Positions 13,650 to 25,706 of a stretch of DNA of 64,000 nt are shown here, in pieces. The DNA comes from Malacoraja senta (lineage: Eukaryota): contig CM075995.1 in the NCBI GenBank assembly GCA_038087875.1, positions 2,792,001 to 2,856,000 of the forward strand. Direction: 5' to 3'. The position numbers and the translations under genes are program-made. A model generated the notes under the pieces. It did not search any database. It saw only the letters and a list, made by a program, of their open reading frames with translations, and was not told the origin of the DNA. Position 1 is the stretch's first letter; each line of letters opens with the position of its first letter.

Positions 13650-14133
13650 TCCTGACAAGGAATAGCCGTGAGTGAACTGCCACCCCACCAGGCCTGAGTG
13701 ACTGATCTGCCAGCCCACCAGCCCTGAGTGACTGATCTGCCAGCCCACCGGCCCTGAGTGACTGAGCTGCCAGCCCACCAGCCCAGAGTGACTGAGCTGC
13801 CAGCCCACCAGCCCAGAGTGACTGAGCTGCCAGCCCACCAGGCCTGAGTGACTGAGCTGCCAGCCTACCAGGCCTGAGTGACTGAACTACCAGCCCACCA
13901 GGCCTGAGTGACTGAGCTGCCAGCCCAAGAATCCATTTGGCCCACAATGTCTATACTAGCCCTCTGGAAACCAGAACCTTCGGCCCACAACACCCATACT
14001 AGCGCTCCAGAAAGCCCCCCCCCCACCCCCCACTGGCCACCAACATTGGAATTGGTGGAGAGGTGGAATATTGCGTTGGGGGACCAGCCCTCCCAAGTGA
14101 ACATGGGACCCAACGGGTCCCACATAGTATAGT
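13650..14133 (+). mobile_element. Putative non-autonomous Helitron-like element containing the 30-bp array
   Basis: Ends in hairpin gggaccc-aac-gggtccc followed about 8 nt later by a degenerate CTAG|T-like end (tagtatag|t). 5' boundary uncertain. Confidence 0.5.
13670..13926. repeat. 30-bp tandem minisatellite (gcctgagtgactgagctgccagcccaccag), about 8 units
   Basis: Seen directly; it produces the repetitive GGLAAQSLRP ORF. Confidence 0.95.
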
Positions 14134-15339
14134 AAAACTTTATTTGGATCTCAATGATTCCATTATACTTTATTGCCACATGTACCTATGTTCAGTGAAA
14201 TGCTTTGTTTCGCACACAACCCGGTAGGTACATCTCACCGGTAGAACGGCATCAAGGGATCTGGGGAGAAGGCAGGAACGAGGTACTGTTTCTGGATGAT
14301 CAGCCATGATCACATTGAATGGCGGTGCTGGCTCAAATGGCCGACTCCTGCACCTATTTTCTATGTTTCTATGTTACACAAGTGTGGCCCGGTTTTGGCC
14401 TCAACAAAGTTACAAAAGTGCACCGAACATTCCACTCCATTGCCTGCTCCTCCCTACCCCACCGTCATGTCCCTCCTCATTCTCGGCGGACCCCCACCCA
14501 GGTTCCCATTGTTCTAGGCGGCCCCCACCCTTCCTCCCGCCGGGCCTCCCTTCATTCTCTAAGCCTTTCCTGTCTATGTACCCATCCAAATGTCTGCTAA
14601 ATTGTACCTGCCTATACTACTTCCTCTGACAGGTTGTCCTGGCGTAAGTCACTAAGGTTTCTTCAGCGGTGACTCCCGATGCACAGCCTTCATCATACAC
14701 AATAGATGGATGTTGATAACAGCTCAACAGAAATGAGAAATCATTTATTTCGAGCTGTTCCTTGAGCTACAAAAGACGGAGTCCTCGTGAAAGGGTACTT
14801 TGCAATTCATAAGCTCATAAGTTTTAGGAGCAGAATTAGGCCATTCAGCCCATCAAGTCTACTCCGCCATTCAATCATGGCTGATCAATGTTTCCCTCCT
14901 AACCCCATTCTCCTGCCTTCTCCCCATAACCTCTGTCACCCATGCTAATCCAGAATCGTATCAATCGCCACCTTAAAAATATCCATTGACTTGGCCTCCA
15001 CGGTAGTCTGTGCCAAAGAATTCCACAGATTCACCACCCTCTGACAAAAGGCTCACTTTATTTCAACGTGGAAAGATATCGACTGCTTGTCAAGCAGGCA
15101 TACGGTGGATACATACAGACATGGCTACCACATTTTTTTCTGTCCTTTCATCAGTTAGCAATTAAAAAGAAATGGCCTGAAAGTTCTTTCACAAAGGCTA
15201 ACTGCTTTTAGGTAGCATGTTTTTATTTGCTGGCACACAGACAATTGTTCCGCTGGCTAGGTATACTGTGCTCATGGTGTGACGTACTAACATTGTGTGT
15301 GTTCTCAGAGGGAGGTGCTGAACAAAGGCCAGATACTTT

Positions 15340-16375
15340 CTCATCAGGAAATAAGTGCGTGGTCTTGCATTTTGGGAAGTCAAACCAGGACAGGACCTTC
15401 ACAGTGAATGGTAGAGCCCTGGGGACTGTTGGAGAGCAGAGGGATCGAGGAATACAGGTACATGTTTCCCTGAAAGTGGTGTCGCAGGTAGATAGGTCTT
15501 TGAAGAAGACTTTTGGTTCATTGGGTGTAGAAGGTGGGACGTTATGTTACAAGAATGAGTGGGTTAGCATATGATGCGTGTTTGACAGCACTGGGCCTGT
15601 ACTCGCTGGAGTTTAGAAGGTTGAGGGGGGACCTCCTTGAAACTCACAGAATAATGAAAGGCATAGATAGAGTGGATGTGGAAAGGATGTTTCCACTGGT
15701 GGGAGAGTCTAGGACCAGAGGTCATAGCCTCAGAATTAATGGGCGATCATTTAGAAAGGAGGTGAGGAGGAACTTCTTTAGTCAGAGGGTATTTGATCTG
15801 CGGACTCGGTGGGCCTAAGAGCCTGTTTTGGCTCTGTATCACGAAACTAAACTATTCTTGATTGGAATGGGCATCAAGGGTTGTGGGGAGAAGGTAGGAA
15901 AATGGGATCAGGAGGCAGAGATCAACCATGATTGAATGGAGTAGACTCGATGGGCCGAATGGCCTAATTCTACTCCTATAATTTGTGAACTTGTGAACTG
16001 ATGTTACAGTTGCACAAGACATTGGTGAGCCCATATTTAGAGCACTGTGTTCAGTTTTGGTCACCCTGCTATCGGAAAAATGTCATTGTTGGAAAGAATG
16101 CAGGGAAGATTTACAAGGATGTTGCCAGGTCTTGAGGGGCTGAGTTACAGGGAGAGGTTGGGCAGGCTGGGACTTTATTCCTTGGAGCAGAAGGCTGAAG
16201 AGTGATCTTATAAAGGTGTATAAAACCAGAAGGGGAATAGATAGAGAATAAAAAACAGAGATACATAGGTTTAAGGTGAGAGGAGCTAGATTTGATATTA
16301 ACCTGCGGGGAAACGTTTTCACTCAGAGGGTTGTGGTATAAGGAACTAGCTGAGATGGGACATCTTAGTATCATT
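15340..16375 (+). mobile_element. Nested CR1 LINE fragments
   Basis: KCVVLHFGKSN...; LYSLEFRRLRGDL. Confidence 0.85.
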
Positions 16376-17075
16376 TAGGTTAGTTTAGTTTAGTTTAGCT
16401 TAGTTTAGTGATTCAGCACGGAAACAGGCCCTTCGGCCCACCGAGTCTGCACCGATCAGCGATCCTCACACATTGACACTATCCTACACACACCAGGGAC
16501 AATTTACATTTATACCAAGCCAATTAACCTACAAACCTGTACGCCTTTGGAGTGTGGGAGGAAACCGAAGATCTTGGCGAAAACTCATACGGTCACGGGA
16601 AGAACGTACAAACTCCGTACAGACAATGAAGGCAGCAACTCTACCGCTGCACCTGCGCTGAAGGCCCTCTTTCTGTGCTAAATGACTCTATAACTCTATG
16701 AGAGGAATGTGGGAAACCAAGGTTCCCTGTGCAATAGAGCTGCAAAGTGGTGGATTCCACACTCAGGATAAACAGTGATGTGGGCGGTGCAGTATTATTT
16801 GGGGCACAGCGATAGAGTAGCTGCCTTACAGCACCAGAGACCCGGTTCGATCCTGACTATGGGTGCTGTCTGTACTTTGTCCCTGCGACCAACGTGGGTT
16901 TTCTCTGGTCTCCGCCCACACTCCAGAGACGTACAGTTTTGTAGATTAATTGGGTTAGGTAGAAATTGTAAATTGTCCTTAGCGTGTAAGATAGTGCTAG
17001 TGTATGGGATGACCGTTGGTCGGCGCGGACTCGGTGCTCCGAAGGGCCTGTATCTCTGAAGTGTAAAGTCTAAAG
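16376..17075. mobile_element. Two tRNA-derived SINEs (16376-16660 on -, 16803-17075 on +)
   Basis: Central domain and tails as in other copies. Confidence 0.8.
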
Positions 17076-17144
17076 TTGGAGCGTTTAATTTCATCCAGAC
17101 AGCTGCAAGGGTCCGGATATCTGAAACTTTCTCTCTTCCCCCAG

Positions 17145-17189
17145 TTTGACTTTGAGGCAGGGCGAGCTAGGAATTGCCAGCATGTCGCC
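17145..17189 (+). other. Candidate 45-nt host micro-exon
   Basis: Strong acceptor ctttctctcttcccccag, gtaagt donor at 17190, length divisible by 3, unique flanks. Reads FDFEAGRARNCQHVA or LTLRQGELGIASMS. Confidence 0.45.
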
Positions 17190-17377
17190 GTAAGTGCCAG
17201 CAAGCACGAGCTTCCCAGTGCAGAGCTTGCCAATTTGCTGGTCGAGCCGTGCTGCAGTTTTCCAGTCCTACATGGAGGGCAGAGGCAAAGCCGTGGCTGG
17301 TGAATTTCTGTGGAATCACCGGGCAAATTCGCTCACTGAGATCTGGTGGAGCCATCGGGCAGGAGGTGTAGAAGAGG

Positions 17378-17700
17378 GCGTCATGGTGGCGCAGCGGTAG
17401 AGTTGCTGCCTTACAGCGAATGCAGCGCCGGAGACCGGGGTTCAATCCTGACTACGGGTGCTGTCTGTACGGAGTTTGTCCGTTCTCCCCAAGACCTGCG
17501 TGGGTTTTATCCGAGATCATCGATTTCCTCCCACACTCCAAAGACGTACAGGTATTTAGGTTAATTGGCTTGGTAAATGGAAAAACTGTCCCTAGTTTGT
17601 GTAGGATCATGTTAATATGCTGGGGATTGCTGGTCGGTGCGGAACCATTGGGCCAAAAGGGCTTGTTTCCCCGCTGTACCTCTAAACCAAACTAAACTAA
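17378..17700 (+). mobile_element. tRNA-derived SINE (HE1/V-SINE type), full length
   Basis: tggcgcagcgg A box, ggttcaatcc B box, (taaac)n tail. Confidence 0.88.
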
Positions 17701-17703
17701 ATG

Positions 17704-18027
17704 AAAAGTGTGAAAACGCACACCTCCAGATTCAGGGACAGTTTTTTTCCCAGCTGTTATCAGACTATTGAACCATCCTACCATAACCAGAGAACAGTGC
17801 TGAACTGCTATCTACCTCATTGGAGACCCTCGGACCATCTTTGATCAGACTTTGCTGGCTTTACCTTGCGCTAAACGTTATTCCATTATCATGCATCTAT
17901 ACACTGTAAATGACTCGATTGTCATCATGTATTGATTGTCTTTCCGCTGAATGGTTAGCATGCAACAAAAGTGTTTCTCTGTACCTCGGGAGACGTGACA
18001 ACAAACTAAACTGAACTGAACTGAACT
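17704..18027 (+). mobile_element. Rex1-type LINE 3' end
   Basis: aaaacgcacacctccagattcagggacag...3'UTR, (aactg)n tail; same family as 8465-9135. Confidence 0.7.
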
Positions 18028-18774
18028 GCGACAAGACAGTGGCCTGACTGCAGAGCAACAGGTGCAAGGGTGAAATGTTGTCAAATAACCAAGTTTGTTT
18101 TAGTCCCTTTTAATTATTCAAAAATTGCTTCAAGGCTTTTATGCGATGTGCCATTTTAAACCTCCGAAATGGTTAAAAATTATTTTATGCTGTTTCAGTG
18201 AAATATTTCTCAGTGCCACTGACATTTAAAAGCACTCATGGTACTTGAAAGTTGGCAAAGCCAACGTGTGTTTTGGTTAGTAATGAAAGTTAACTGCGCA
18301 AGGCCTTTGCATTCAGGATTAGGTCGACATTAACCATTAATTTAACATTTGGGGATCTGTTCTTGATCAGTGTGTTGTAATCAGCAATGATGCATGCCTT
18401 CAGGAAAGGCCCTGGATGTTAACATTGTGTGTAGGAAGGAACTGCAGGTGCTGGCTTATTGCGAAGATAGCCACAAAGTGCTGGAGTAACGGGAGTAACG
18501 AATAATGAAAGGCCTGGATATTGATTGGATCTTATAGAAACATATAAAATAGTAAGATTAAACGAGAACTTACCAGTTTGAAGTTTGATCTGTATTTTAT
18601 GAGGAGTTACGATGAGGGATTACGTGAAGAACCCGCTCAGTGCGCAGGCGCGGCATACTTCCAAGCAGCGGTGTGGAATCACAGATAGACACAGGTATTT
18701 GAAGTAAACATAGTAAAGAAAAGGAGACATCAATTTATTAGTTTGATCCATATAATGAGGGTGGGAGCGGAGGG

Positions 18775-18887
18775 CACGTAATCCCTCATCGTAACTCCTC
18801 ATAAAATACAGATCAAACTTCAAACTGGTAAGTTCTCGTTTAATCTTACTATTTTACTTCGGAGTCACGTGAGTGACTTCGTGAAGA
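18775..18887. other. DIRS internal complementary region (ICR)
   Basis: 18775-18856 is a perfect reverse complement of 18545-18626; 18851-18887 is the reverse complement of 23230-23266 with 1 mismatch. Confidence 0.95.
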
Positions 18888-19099
18888 TTTCAAAGCTCTG
18901 TGATTTCAAACCGTGTAACAGTTTTATTTCACTCACTGCCGAAAGTTCTTGAGGGAGGAAGTGTTATCGTAATCAACCAATGAATCTGTTTCTCAAGAAA
19001 CACAAAAGGTAGTTATTAACAATAACAAAATTAAAGTGCTCCCCCGGGCTTAACTTAAATATTTGCAGCTTGTAATATTTTCTCTGCAAATAAATCAGG

Positions 19100-20020
19100 T
19101 TTCATCAACGGCTTATTATAAAAGTTCTGAATGTCGTTTCCCTCGACCATCCTGCTGTATTCAGAATATGGTCAACCGGTACGTCCATTCTGTCGGCCGT
19201 TGATGTAGATGCTGCCCTAGTGGAATGAGATTTAAATGTATTAGTATCTATTCCGGCAGCCTTCAGTACCTGTTTGAGCCATCTTGAAATGGTTTGGCTC
19301 GTTACCCGGCCATGAGGTTACTTGTGGCTGACCCATAAGGCTTTTTCACTCCCTCTGATATTGTGGGTTGTGTCTATGTAATGTTGTAGATGGGTCACGA
19401 CACACAACCGTGGCTCTTGTGGGTAGGCCCGGAATACCACCAGTGGATTAGCTGTTCCTGGCCTGCTTTGCTTCACCAGACCCTGTATGATGAATGTGAT
19501 ATGATCTGGGGTGGTCACCATGTTGTCCAGCCTTAACTTGTGTAGTGACTGGACCCTCTGAGCGGATACGAGTGCCATCAACATGAGCGTCTTTAGTGTA
19601 GATTGCTCGAGGCTGAGGGATCTGGCTGGTGGCCATTCCCTGAGGTATGTCAGGACCACACTGATATCCCAAATATGGGTATACCTGGGTTTAGGGGCTT
19701 GATATCATAAATGCCCTTCATCAGTTTTACCACCAGTGGATGGGATCCCATTGCCTGTTGTCCTGCTGGTTTGAGATAAGCAGAAAGAGCACTTCGCGCT
19801 GTGTTGATGGCACTGTAACTGATCCCTTCATCATGGTGTAGATGGGCCAGGAATTCCAGTACGTTGGTGGCTGTGGCTGTTGCATACGTTGTCCCTGTTT
19901 CCTGGCAGTACTTCTTCCATTTTCTTATGCTGATTCAGTACTGCCTCTTGGTGGATGTTCAAAGGGATGCCGACATGGTGGTGATGGTTCGTTCGGACAA
20001 TCCCTGTTCCAGGTAAGATC
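19100..20020 (-). pseudogene. DIRS tyrosine recombinase (disrupted)
   Basis: TLKTLMLMALVSAQRVQSL (catalytic R) in ORF 19318-19659; downstream HSTRAASTS...AGWS...FYNKP. Confidence 0.9.
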
Positions 20021-20023
20021 TAT

Positions 20024-20926
20024 TCAAAGCCTGCAACCCAGGAGTTTAATTTTCTCATGGCATGGGTGGCTTATGCCTGATACTGGGTGAGTTAATAATC
20101 CTGGATCACTGGGAAAGACCATTGGTGACTCAACCACCATGTCATGTAGAACCGGGAACCATGGCTGTGTAGGCCAGTCGGGCACCATCAAAATTCCAGA
20201 AGCAGAGTCCATCTGTATTTTGCGAAGTACCCGACTGATGAGGCAGAAGGGAGGGAAAGCATAGAAGAAGACATTTCCCCAATCCAGCGTGATGGCATGT
20301 ATCACTGCTGCCTCTGGGTCTGGTTCCCAAGCGACATATATAGGTAACTGGTGATTTCGTCTTGATGCAAATACATCGATATCTGGCGTTCCATACTGCT
20401 TAATAACTTTAGCAAATACTTTAGGGTTGAACATCCATTCGATGTTATCATTGAATTTACGTGACCTGGTGTCTGCCACTGTGTTTAGCTTACCTGGTAG
20501 ATAAGTAGCTGATAGCCAAATATGTCTTTCGACACACCATAGCCAAATCACATTGACCAATTTGTCGCATGATAATGATTTTATGCCGCCCATATGGTTA
20601 ATATAAGCCACCACCGTAGTATTATCAATCTGTAACCGAACATGCAAGTGCTGCATATTAGCTACATATGCTTTTAACCCATAAAAGGCGCCCAACATCT
20701 CTAGATAGTTAATGCCCAGTGTCAGTAGTAATGATGACTCTAGGTTAGTCCATCTACCACCTGTGCTGGATATGGAGTAAGTTGCTCCCCAGCCTTGAGC
20801 ACTGGCATCTGTTTGAAGAACTAAAGTAAGGTTAGTGATGATGATAGAGCTGAAACTATGCCAAACATTTTCTGCCCACCACTGTAGCTGATATTGCTTC
20901 AGTGGGTAATTACATGACACGAACAT
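20024..20926 (-). pseudogene. DIRS RNase H + DNA N6-adenine methyltransferase-like domain
   Basis: QTDASAQGWG, INYLE, IDNTT (RNase H); PDIDVFAS...YAFPPF...PDWPTQPWF (MT). Confidence 0.9.
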
Positions 20927-21149
20927 CGTGACCTGTATGTCGTTTTAGTGCCTGTACCTTTGCTGTTTGTAAATTTTGATAGTGCAAAGGTCCGCATTGT
21001 GTAGCTGGAAATGCTGCTACCATTTTCCCAATCACTCTTGGGACTTGTCGAATAGTTGGTCCTTTGTTGACCATTAAATAGTTGCATGATTGTGCTAATG
21101 CAACCATTTTTATTTTTATTTTTTATTTTTATTTTCCTTTTGGCAAGGT

Positions 21150-21850
21150 AACAGTCATATGGACTGAGTTAATTGTGAAGCCCAGGTAGTCCATAATAGT
21201 GGATGGCTTCAACTTAGATTTATCTGGATGTAGGATGAACCCCAGAGTTTCGAGGAGCTATTTTGTAGCTGATACTGCTGCCACAGCCAATTCCATAGTT
21301 TTCCCTACTATCTGAATATCATCCAGGTATGCCATGACAATATGTTTCTTAGTCTTGCCATGGCTATTTTCAATATTTTGATGAATAATCTTGGGGCTGA
21401 GGTTAGCCCATTGGGCAATGCGTTGTACTGCCTCAGCTGCCCCAACCAGATAAATTGTAGGTATCTGCAATGATCCTTGTGTATGGGTATTGGATAGTAA
21501 GCATCTTTCAGATCAATGCTTGCCATGAAGTATCCTTTGGAAATCAGTTGTTTGGCAGTAACAACTGTCTCCATTTTGAAATGTATATACTCAACAAACT
21601 TATTTAGTGATGTTAAGGCAATGATGATGCGACATCCACCATCTTTTTTGGTTTTATTTGATACAAATTCCAAAGGTTCATGTTTGGTCTTTTGGATGAC
21701 CTCTCCACTAATGCTGTTGAGTATATACTTATCACACGTGACAGTAACCCATGCTTCTTTAAACCAGTGTAATCTCCCCTCTGTTAGTAAAGCACCCTTA
21801 TTCTCTATATGCTGGCAGGAACCAGACCCACCTACCTCCATGTTCAGTGG
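21150..21850 (-). pseudogene. DIRS reverse transcriptase (frameshifted)
   Basis: KKDGGCR..LNKFVEYIHFKME..SIDLKDAYY..LPNGLTSAPR; YLDD in the adjacent frame (ORF 21258-21470). Confidence 0.92.
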
Positions 21851-21959
21851 TGTTTCTTTTGTTTCCTGATGTTTTTGTAGGTTTTGCTTGTCTGACGTGC
21901 TGGCGATGTTGGGGGGTGGCGCATTTTCCATGGGGTCCGCTGTGGGCCCTGATCTAAAA

Positions 21960-23085
21960 AAGATCTTTTGGGGATAAAATGCGGTCCCCGAGCTTTCACC
22001 AGTCCCATATTGAGGACGTCGACTGGTGGATGCCATGGGGTGCTGCCGCTTGGGTATTGTAGCTCTTGGTTTGCTCGTCCCAGGGCCTGCCCTCATGAGG
22101 CCGAAAGATGTCGCTGCTTCCTCCATGTCCCTCAGTTTTTTGTTGAGGTCTTTCCCAAATAACAGAGCATCCGTCTCTGCAGCTGGGGCTCTGCACAACC
22201 CAGCAAATTATGGATTGAGGGCAGGTCTTATGTTTCCCCGCCGGAGATTGTGTATTGCACATCAGTGCCAGCACATCCTGCTGGCAAGTATCCATCTCCG
22301 TACTTTGCACAGAACGAGCAAAGGCTGTAATGGCCGACGTCCGGAGCCTTAGGATCCGCTGTAGCTTGATTTCATGGTTACACATGTTTGACCCCATGTG
22401 ACCCCAGATCTGGCTGTTCACAGTCTTCACTCTGAGGGCCTCACAGTTCTCTGGTGCTGTATAAAATTCAAGCACCTCAAGAAGTACCTTCTCCTGCAAG
22501 GGCTTATTTGACAGATGATTGATGCTGGCCGCCATGTTTGGTTCCAGCGGTCTTCCAGCACGTGGGGTTGCTACATAGCGGTCCACCACACCCAGCAGCT
22601 CTTCCTGCTCCTGCACCCCTTGCATACTGCCGAATTCTTCCGCCAGCCCCTTTCCAGACCAGCCCAACCCTGGTCACCAATGCTAGCCTCCAGTAATGAG
22701 GGAGCAGAGGGCAGTGCCCAAGACACTGTGGAGGAGGTGCCTGACCTACCTCCTGCGAGAACGCTCCTTCTGCGTAGCTCGCTGGAGCATCTGCTCCAAG
22801 AGCTGTTATAAGCTCTGGCGGCTGTCTCTCCTCCGTGTAGGTGGAGACATGTCCCCATCCAACAAATTAGACATTACCGGCCGGTTGCTCTCATGGCTTT
22901 GCTCCCTGTCCGCTGTGCAGGCATTAGCGGGACTGGGCTCGGCTCGGTCTCGGGGATAGCGGAGCGCTCTATGAGCGGTCCTGCCGCCTGTTGCTGCCCC
23001 CCTGAGATTAAACGCTCCTCTGGTGGAGTTGAGCAGGGGGCAGTTCTGTTGGAGAGTCTTCTGGTGAGTGTACTTATTTGTTAAG
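21960..23085 (-). pseudogene. DIRS gag-like ORF1 (frameshifted)
   Basis: YTAPENCEALRVKTVNSQIW motif typical of DIRS ORF1; located upstream of RT. Confidence 0.75.
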
Positions 23086-23266
23086 AACACCCACACTCTC
23101 TTTCTCTGTTAGACTTAGTTGAATATACTCACCCAACGGTCCGTTTCAAAATGCAGCCGGAGCGCCTTCCTCCAGCTGCCGCCTCTGTTGCACTGCTGGC
23201 GTAATGCCGCGCCTGCGCACTGAGCGGGTTCTTCACGAAGTCACTCATGTGACTCCGAAGTAAAAT

Positions 23267-24721
23267 TATAAAAGGACTGGACAGGCTAGATGCAGGAAAA
23301 ATGTTCCCAATGTTGGGCAAGTCCAGAACCAGGGGCCACAGTCTTAGAATAAAGGGGAGGCCATTTGGGACTGAGGTGAGAAAAAAACATTTTCACCCAG
23401 AGAGTTGTGAATTTGTAGAATTCCCTGCCACAGAGGGCAGTGGAGGCCAAATCACTGCATGGATTTAAGAGAGAGTTGGATTGAGCTCCAGGGGCTGGTG
23501 GAATCAAGGGATATGAGGAGAAGGCAAGCACGGGTTATTGATTGGGCATGATCAGCCGAATGGCCTCCTCCTGCACCTATTTTCTATGTTTCTATGTTTC
23601 TATGAAAGGATGTTTCCACCAGTGGGAGAGTCTAGGAGCAGAGGTCATAACCTCAGAACCTCCACGAGTCACAGTTTAAGAATAAGGGGTAGCCCATTTA
23701 GGACTCAGATGAGGTAAAAACTTTTCACCAGAGAGTTGTGAATCTGTGGAATTCTCTGCCACAGACGGCAGTGGAGGCCAGTTCACTGGATGTTTCCAAG
23801 AGGGAGTTAGATATAGCTCTTAGGGCTAATGGAATCAAGGGATATGGGGAGAAAGCAGGAACGGGGTACTGATTTTGGATGATCAGCCATGATCATATTG
23901 AATGGCTCAAAGGGCGGAATGGCCTACTGCACCTATTTTCTATGTTTCTATGTTTCTATTAAAGGACGTTCCTTAAGGAAGGAGATGAGGAGGAATTTCT
24001 TTAGTTGTGAATCTGTGGAATTCTTTGCCGCGGAAGGCTGTGGAGACCATGTCAGTGGATATTTTTAAGATAGAGATAGATAGATAGATAGATAAATAGA
24101 CAATAGGTGCAGTCCATTCGCCCTTCGAGCCAGCACCGCCATCACTGTGATCATGGCTGATCATCCACAATCAGTACCCCGTTCCTGCCTTCTCCCCACA
24201 TCCTTTGACTCCACTATCTTTAAGAGCTCTATCTAACTCTTTCCTGAACGCATCCAGGGAATCGGCCTCCACTGCCTTCTGTGGCAAAGAATTCCACAGA
24301 TTCACAACTCTCTGGGTGAAAAAGCTCCTCATCTCTGTTCTAAATGGCCTTCCCCTTATTCTTAAACTGTGGCCCCTGGTTCTGCACTCCCCCAACAACA
24401 GGAACATGTTTCCTGCCTCTAGCGTGTCCAATCCCTTAATAATCTTAGTTTCAATAAGATCCCCTCTCAGCCTTCTAAGTTCCAGTGAATACAAGCCCAG
24501 CCGTTCCATTCTTTCAACATATGACAGTTCAGCCATCCTGGGAATTAACCTCTTGAACTTACGCTGCACTCCCTCAATAGCAAGAATGTCTTTCCTCAAA
24601 TTTGGAGACCAAAACTGCACACAATACTCCAGGCGTGGTCACACCAGGGCCCTGTACAAATGCAGAAGGACCTCTTTGCTCCTATACTCAACTCCTCTTG
24701 TTATGAAGGCCAACATGCCAT
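23267..24721. mobile_element. Cluster of CR1 3' fragments (+ then -)
   Basis: ORF 24171-24620 is the CR1 C-terminus; tails (ctatgttt)n and (caataga)n. Confidence 0.88.
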
Positions 24722-24947
24722 TGTAGCGGCGCCTGCTAGCGCACGCAGATATCGAACCCGGAGTTTGGAAGCCGCGGTCACGTGACGTGGGAGGGGCTGG
24801 ATTCGCGCGTTTTTTCCCTTTGCGCGCATTAGTTCGGCGCTGACCACCGATGTGGTCAGCCGTGTCTGTTAAACCTCTATGCTGCAACTTGAACTTTCGA
24901 ATAAAGTATTGGTGAAAACTCCAGGAGTCGTTTATCAGACCACTAAA
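24722..24947 (+). repeat. 5' LTR (226 bp)
   Basis: tgtagcggcgcc...accactaaa; contains aataaa. Confidence 0.95.
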
Positions 24948-24948
24948 T

Positions 24949-24961
24949 TGGTGACCCCGAC
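24949..24961 (+). promoter_or_regulatory. Primer-binding site complementary to tRNA-Trp 3' end
   Basis: TGGTGACCCCGAC just after the 5' LTR; matches the start of the avian retroviral tRNA-Trp PBS. Confidence 0.85.
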
Positions 24962-24990
24962 CTGTCTAGCCATCGTTAGACAATAGAATT

Positions 24991-25700
24991 ATGCAAGAAG
25001 AAGGTCTTCCCGCAGAATCGGCCAGCATGAGGCAGGGCTCACCGGCCTTCAAACTGCCAACCTTTTGGCCCGATCAACCTCAAGTGTGGTTCGCCCATGT
25101 GGAGGCACAGTTTCATCTACAGTGCATCGACCACGACGACACCATGTATTTTCATGTGGTAGGAGCATTACCACAGGACTGTGCCTCGAGGCTGTTGCCC
25201 TTTATCAGAGAACCCCCGTCCAACGGCAAGTACGAAGGGTTGAAAGCCCTGTTATTTCATGCCTAAGGTCTTACCCATAGAGACAGGGCGGCAAGACTGC
25301 TACATATGGACTGCATCGGCGACCGAAGGCCATCGACGATCATGACAAAGATGTTGGCCCTAATGGACGGGCACCGCCCCTGCTTGCTTTTTGAACAAGC
25401 GTTCTTAGAGCAGATGCCCGACTAAGTGCAGCTGATGCTAACAGGAGCCGATTTCAGCTGAGGGCGCTCAGACGGCGGGACGTACACGCCGTTGCCCGCC
25501 CCATGGTCATACGACGGGTGCAGCCGAACCGACATCGGGAAGAGGAGGAGACCCAGCCCAGCGCCGAAGACGAATCGCCGCGGCCAGTGGTCTACACCCA
25601 ACGCAGATGGTGCTACTACCACCAGCGCTACGGAACGGAAGCCCGAAGATGTCGGAGCCCTTGTTCGTTTCCGGGAAACGCCCAGGCCGATCGTCCATAG
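24991..25700 (+). pseudogene. Gypsy gag (stops and frameshift)
   Basis: KLPTFWPDQPQVWFAHVEAQF N-terminus; CYYHQRYGTEARRCRSPC zinc knuckle. Confidence 0.88.
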
Positions 25701-25706
25701 AGGCGA

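Larger units (their letters stand above)
18545..23266 (-). mobile_element. DIRS1-like tyrosine-recombinase retrotransposon with complete termini and decayed ORFs, inserted in a CR1
   Basis: Inverted terminal repeats (18623-18656 vs 23205-23238), internal complementary region at 18775-18887 matching both ends, and gag/RT/RNaseH/MT/YR remnants. Confidence 0.95.

Noticed and set aside
13510..13947. GGLAAQSLRP repeat protein
   Set aside because: Translation of the 30-bp minisatellite.
17378..17455. tRNA gene
   Set aside because: The A/B boxes belong to the head of a multi-copy SINE; no intact cloverleaf or terminator.
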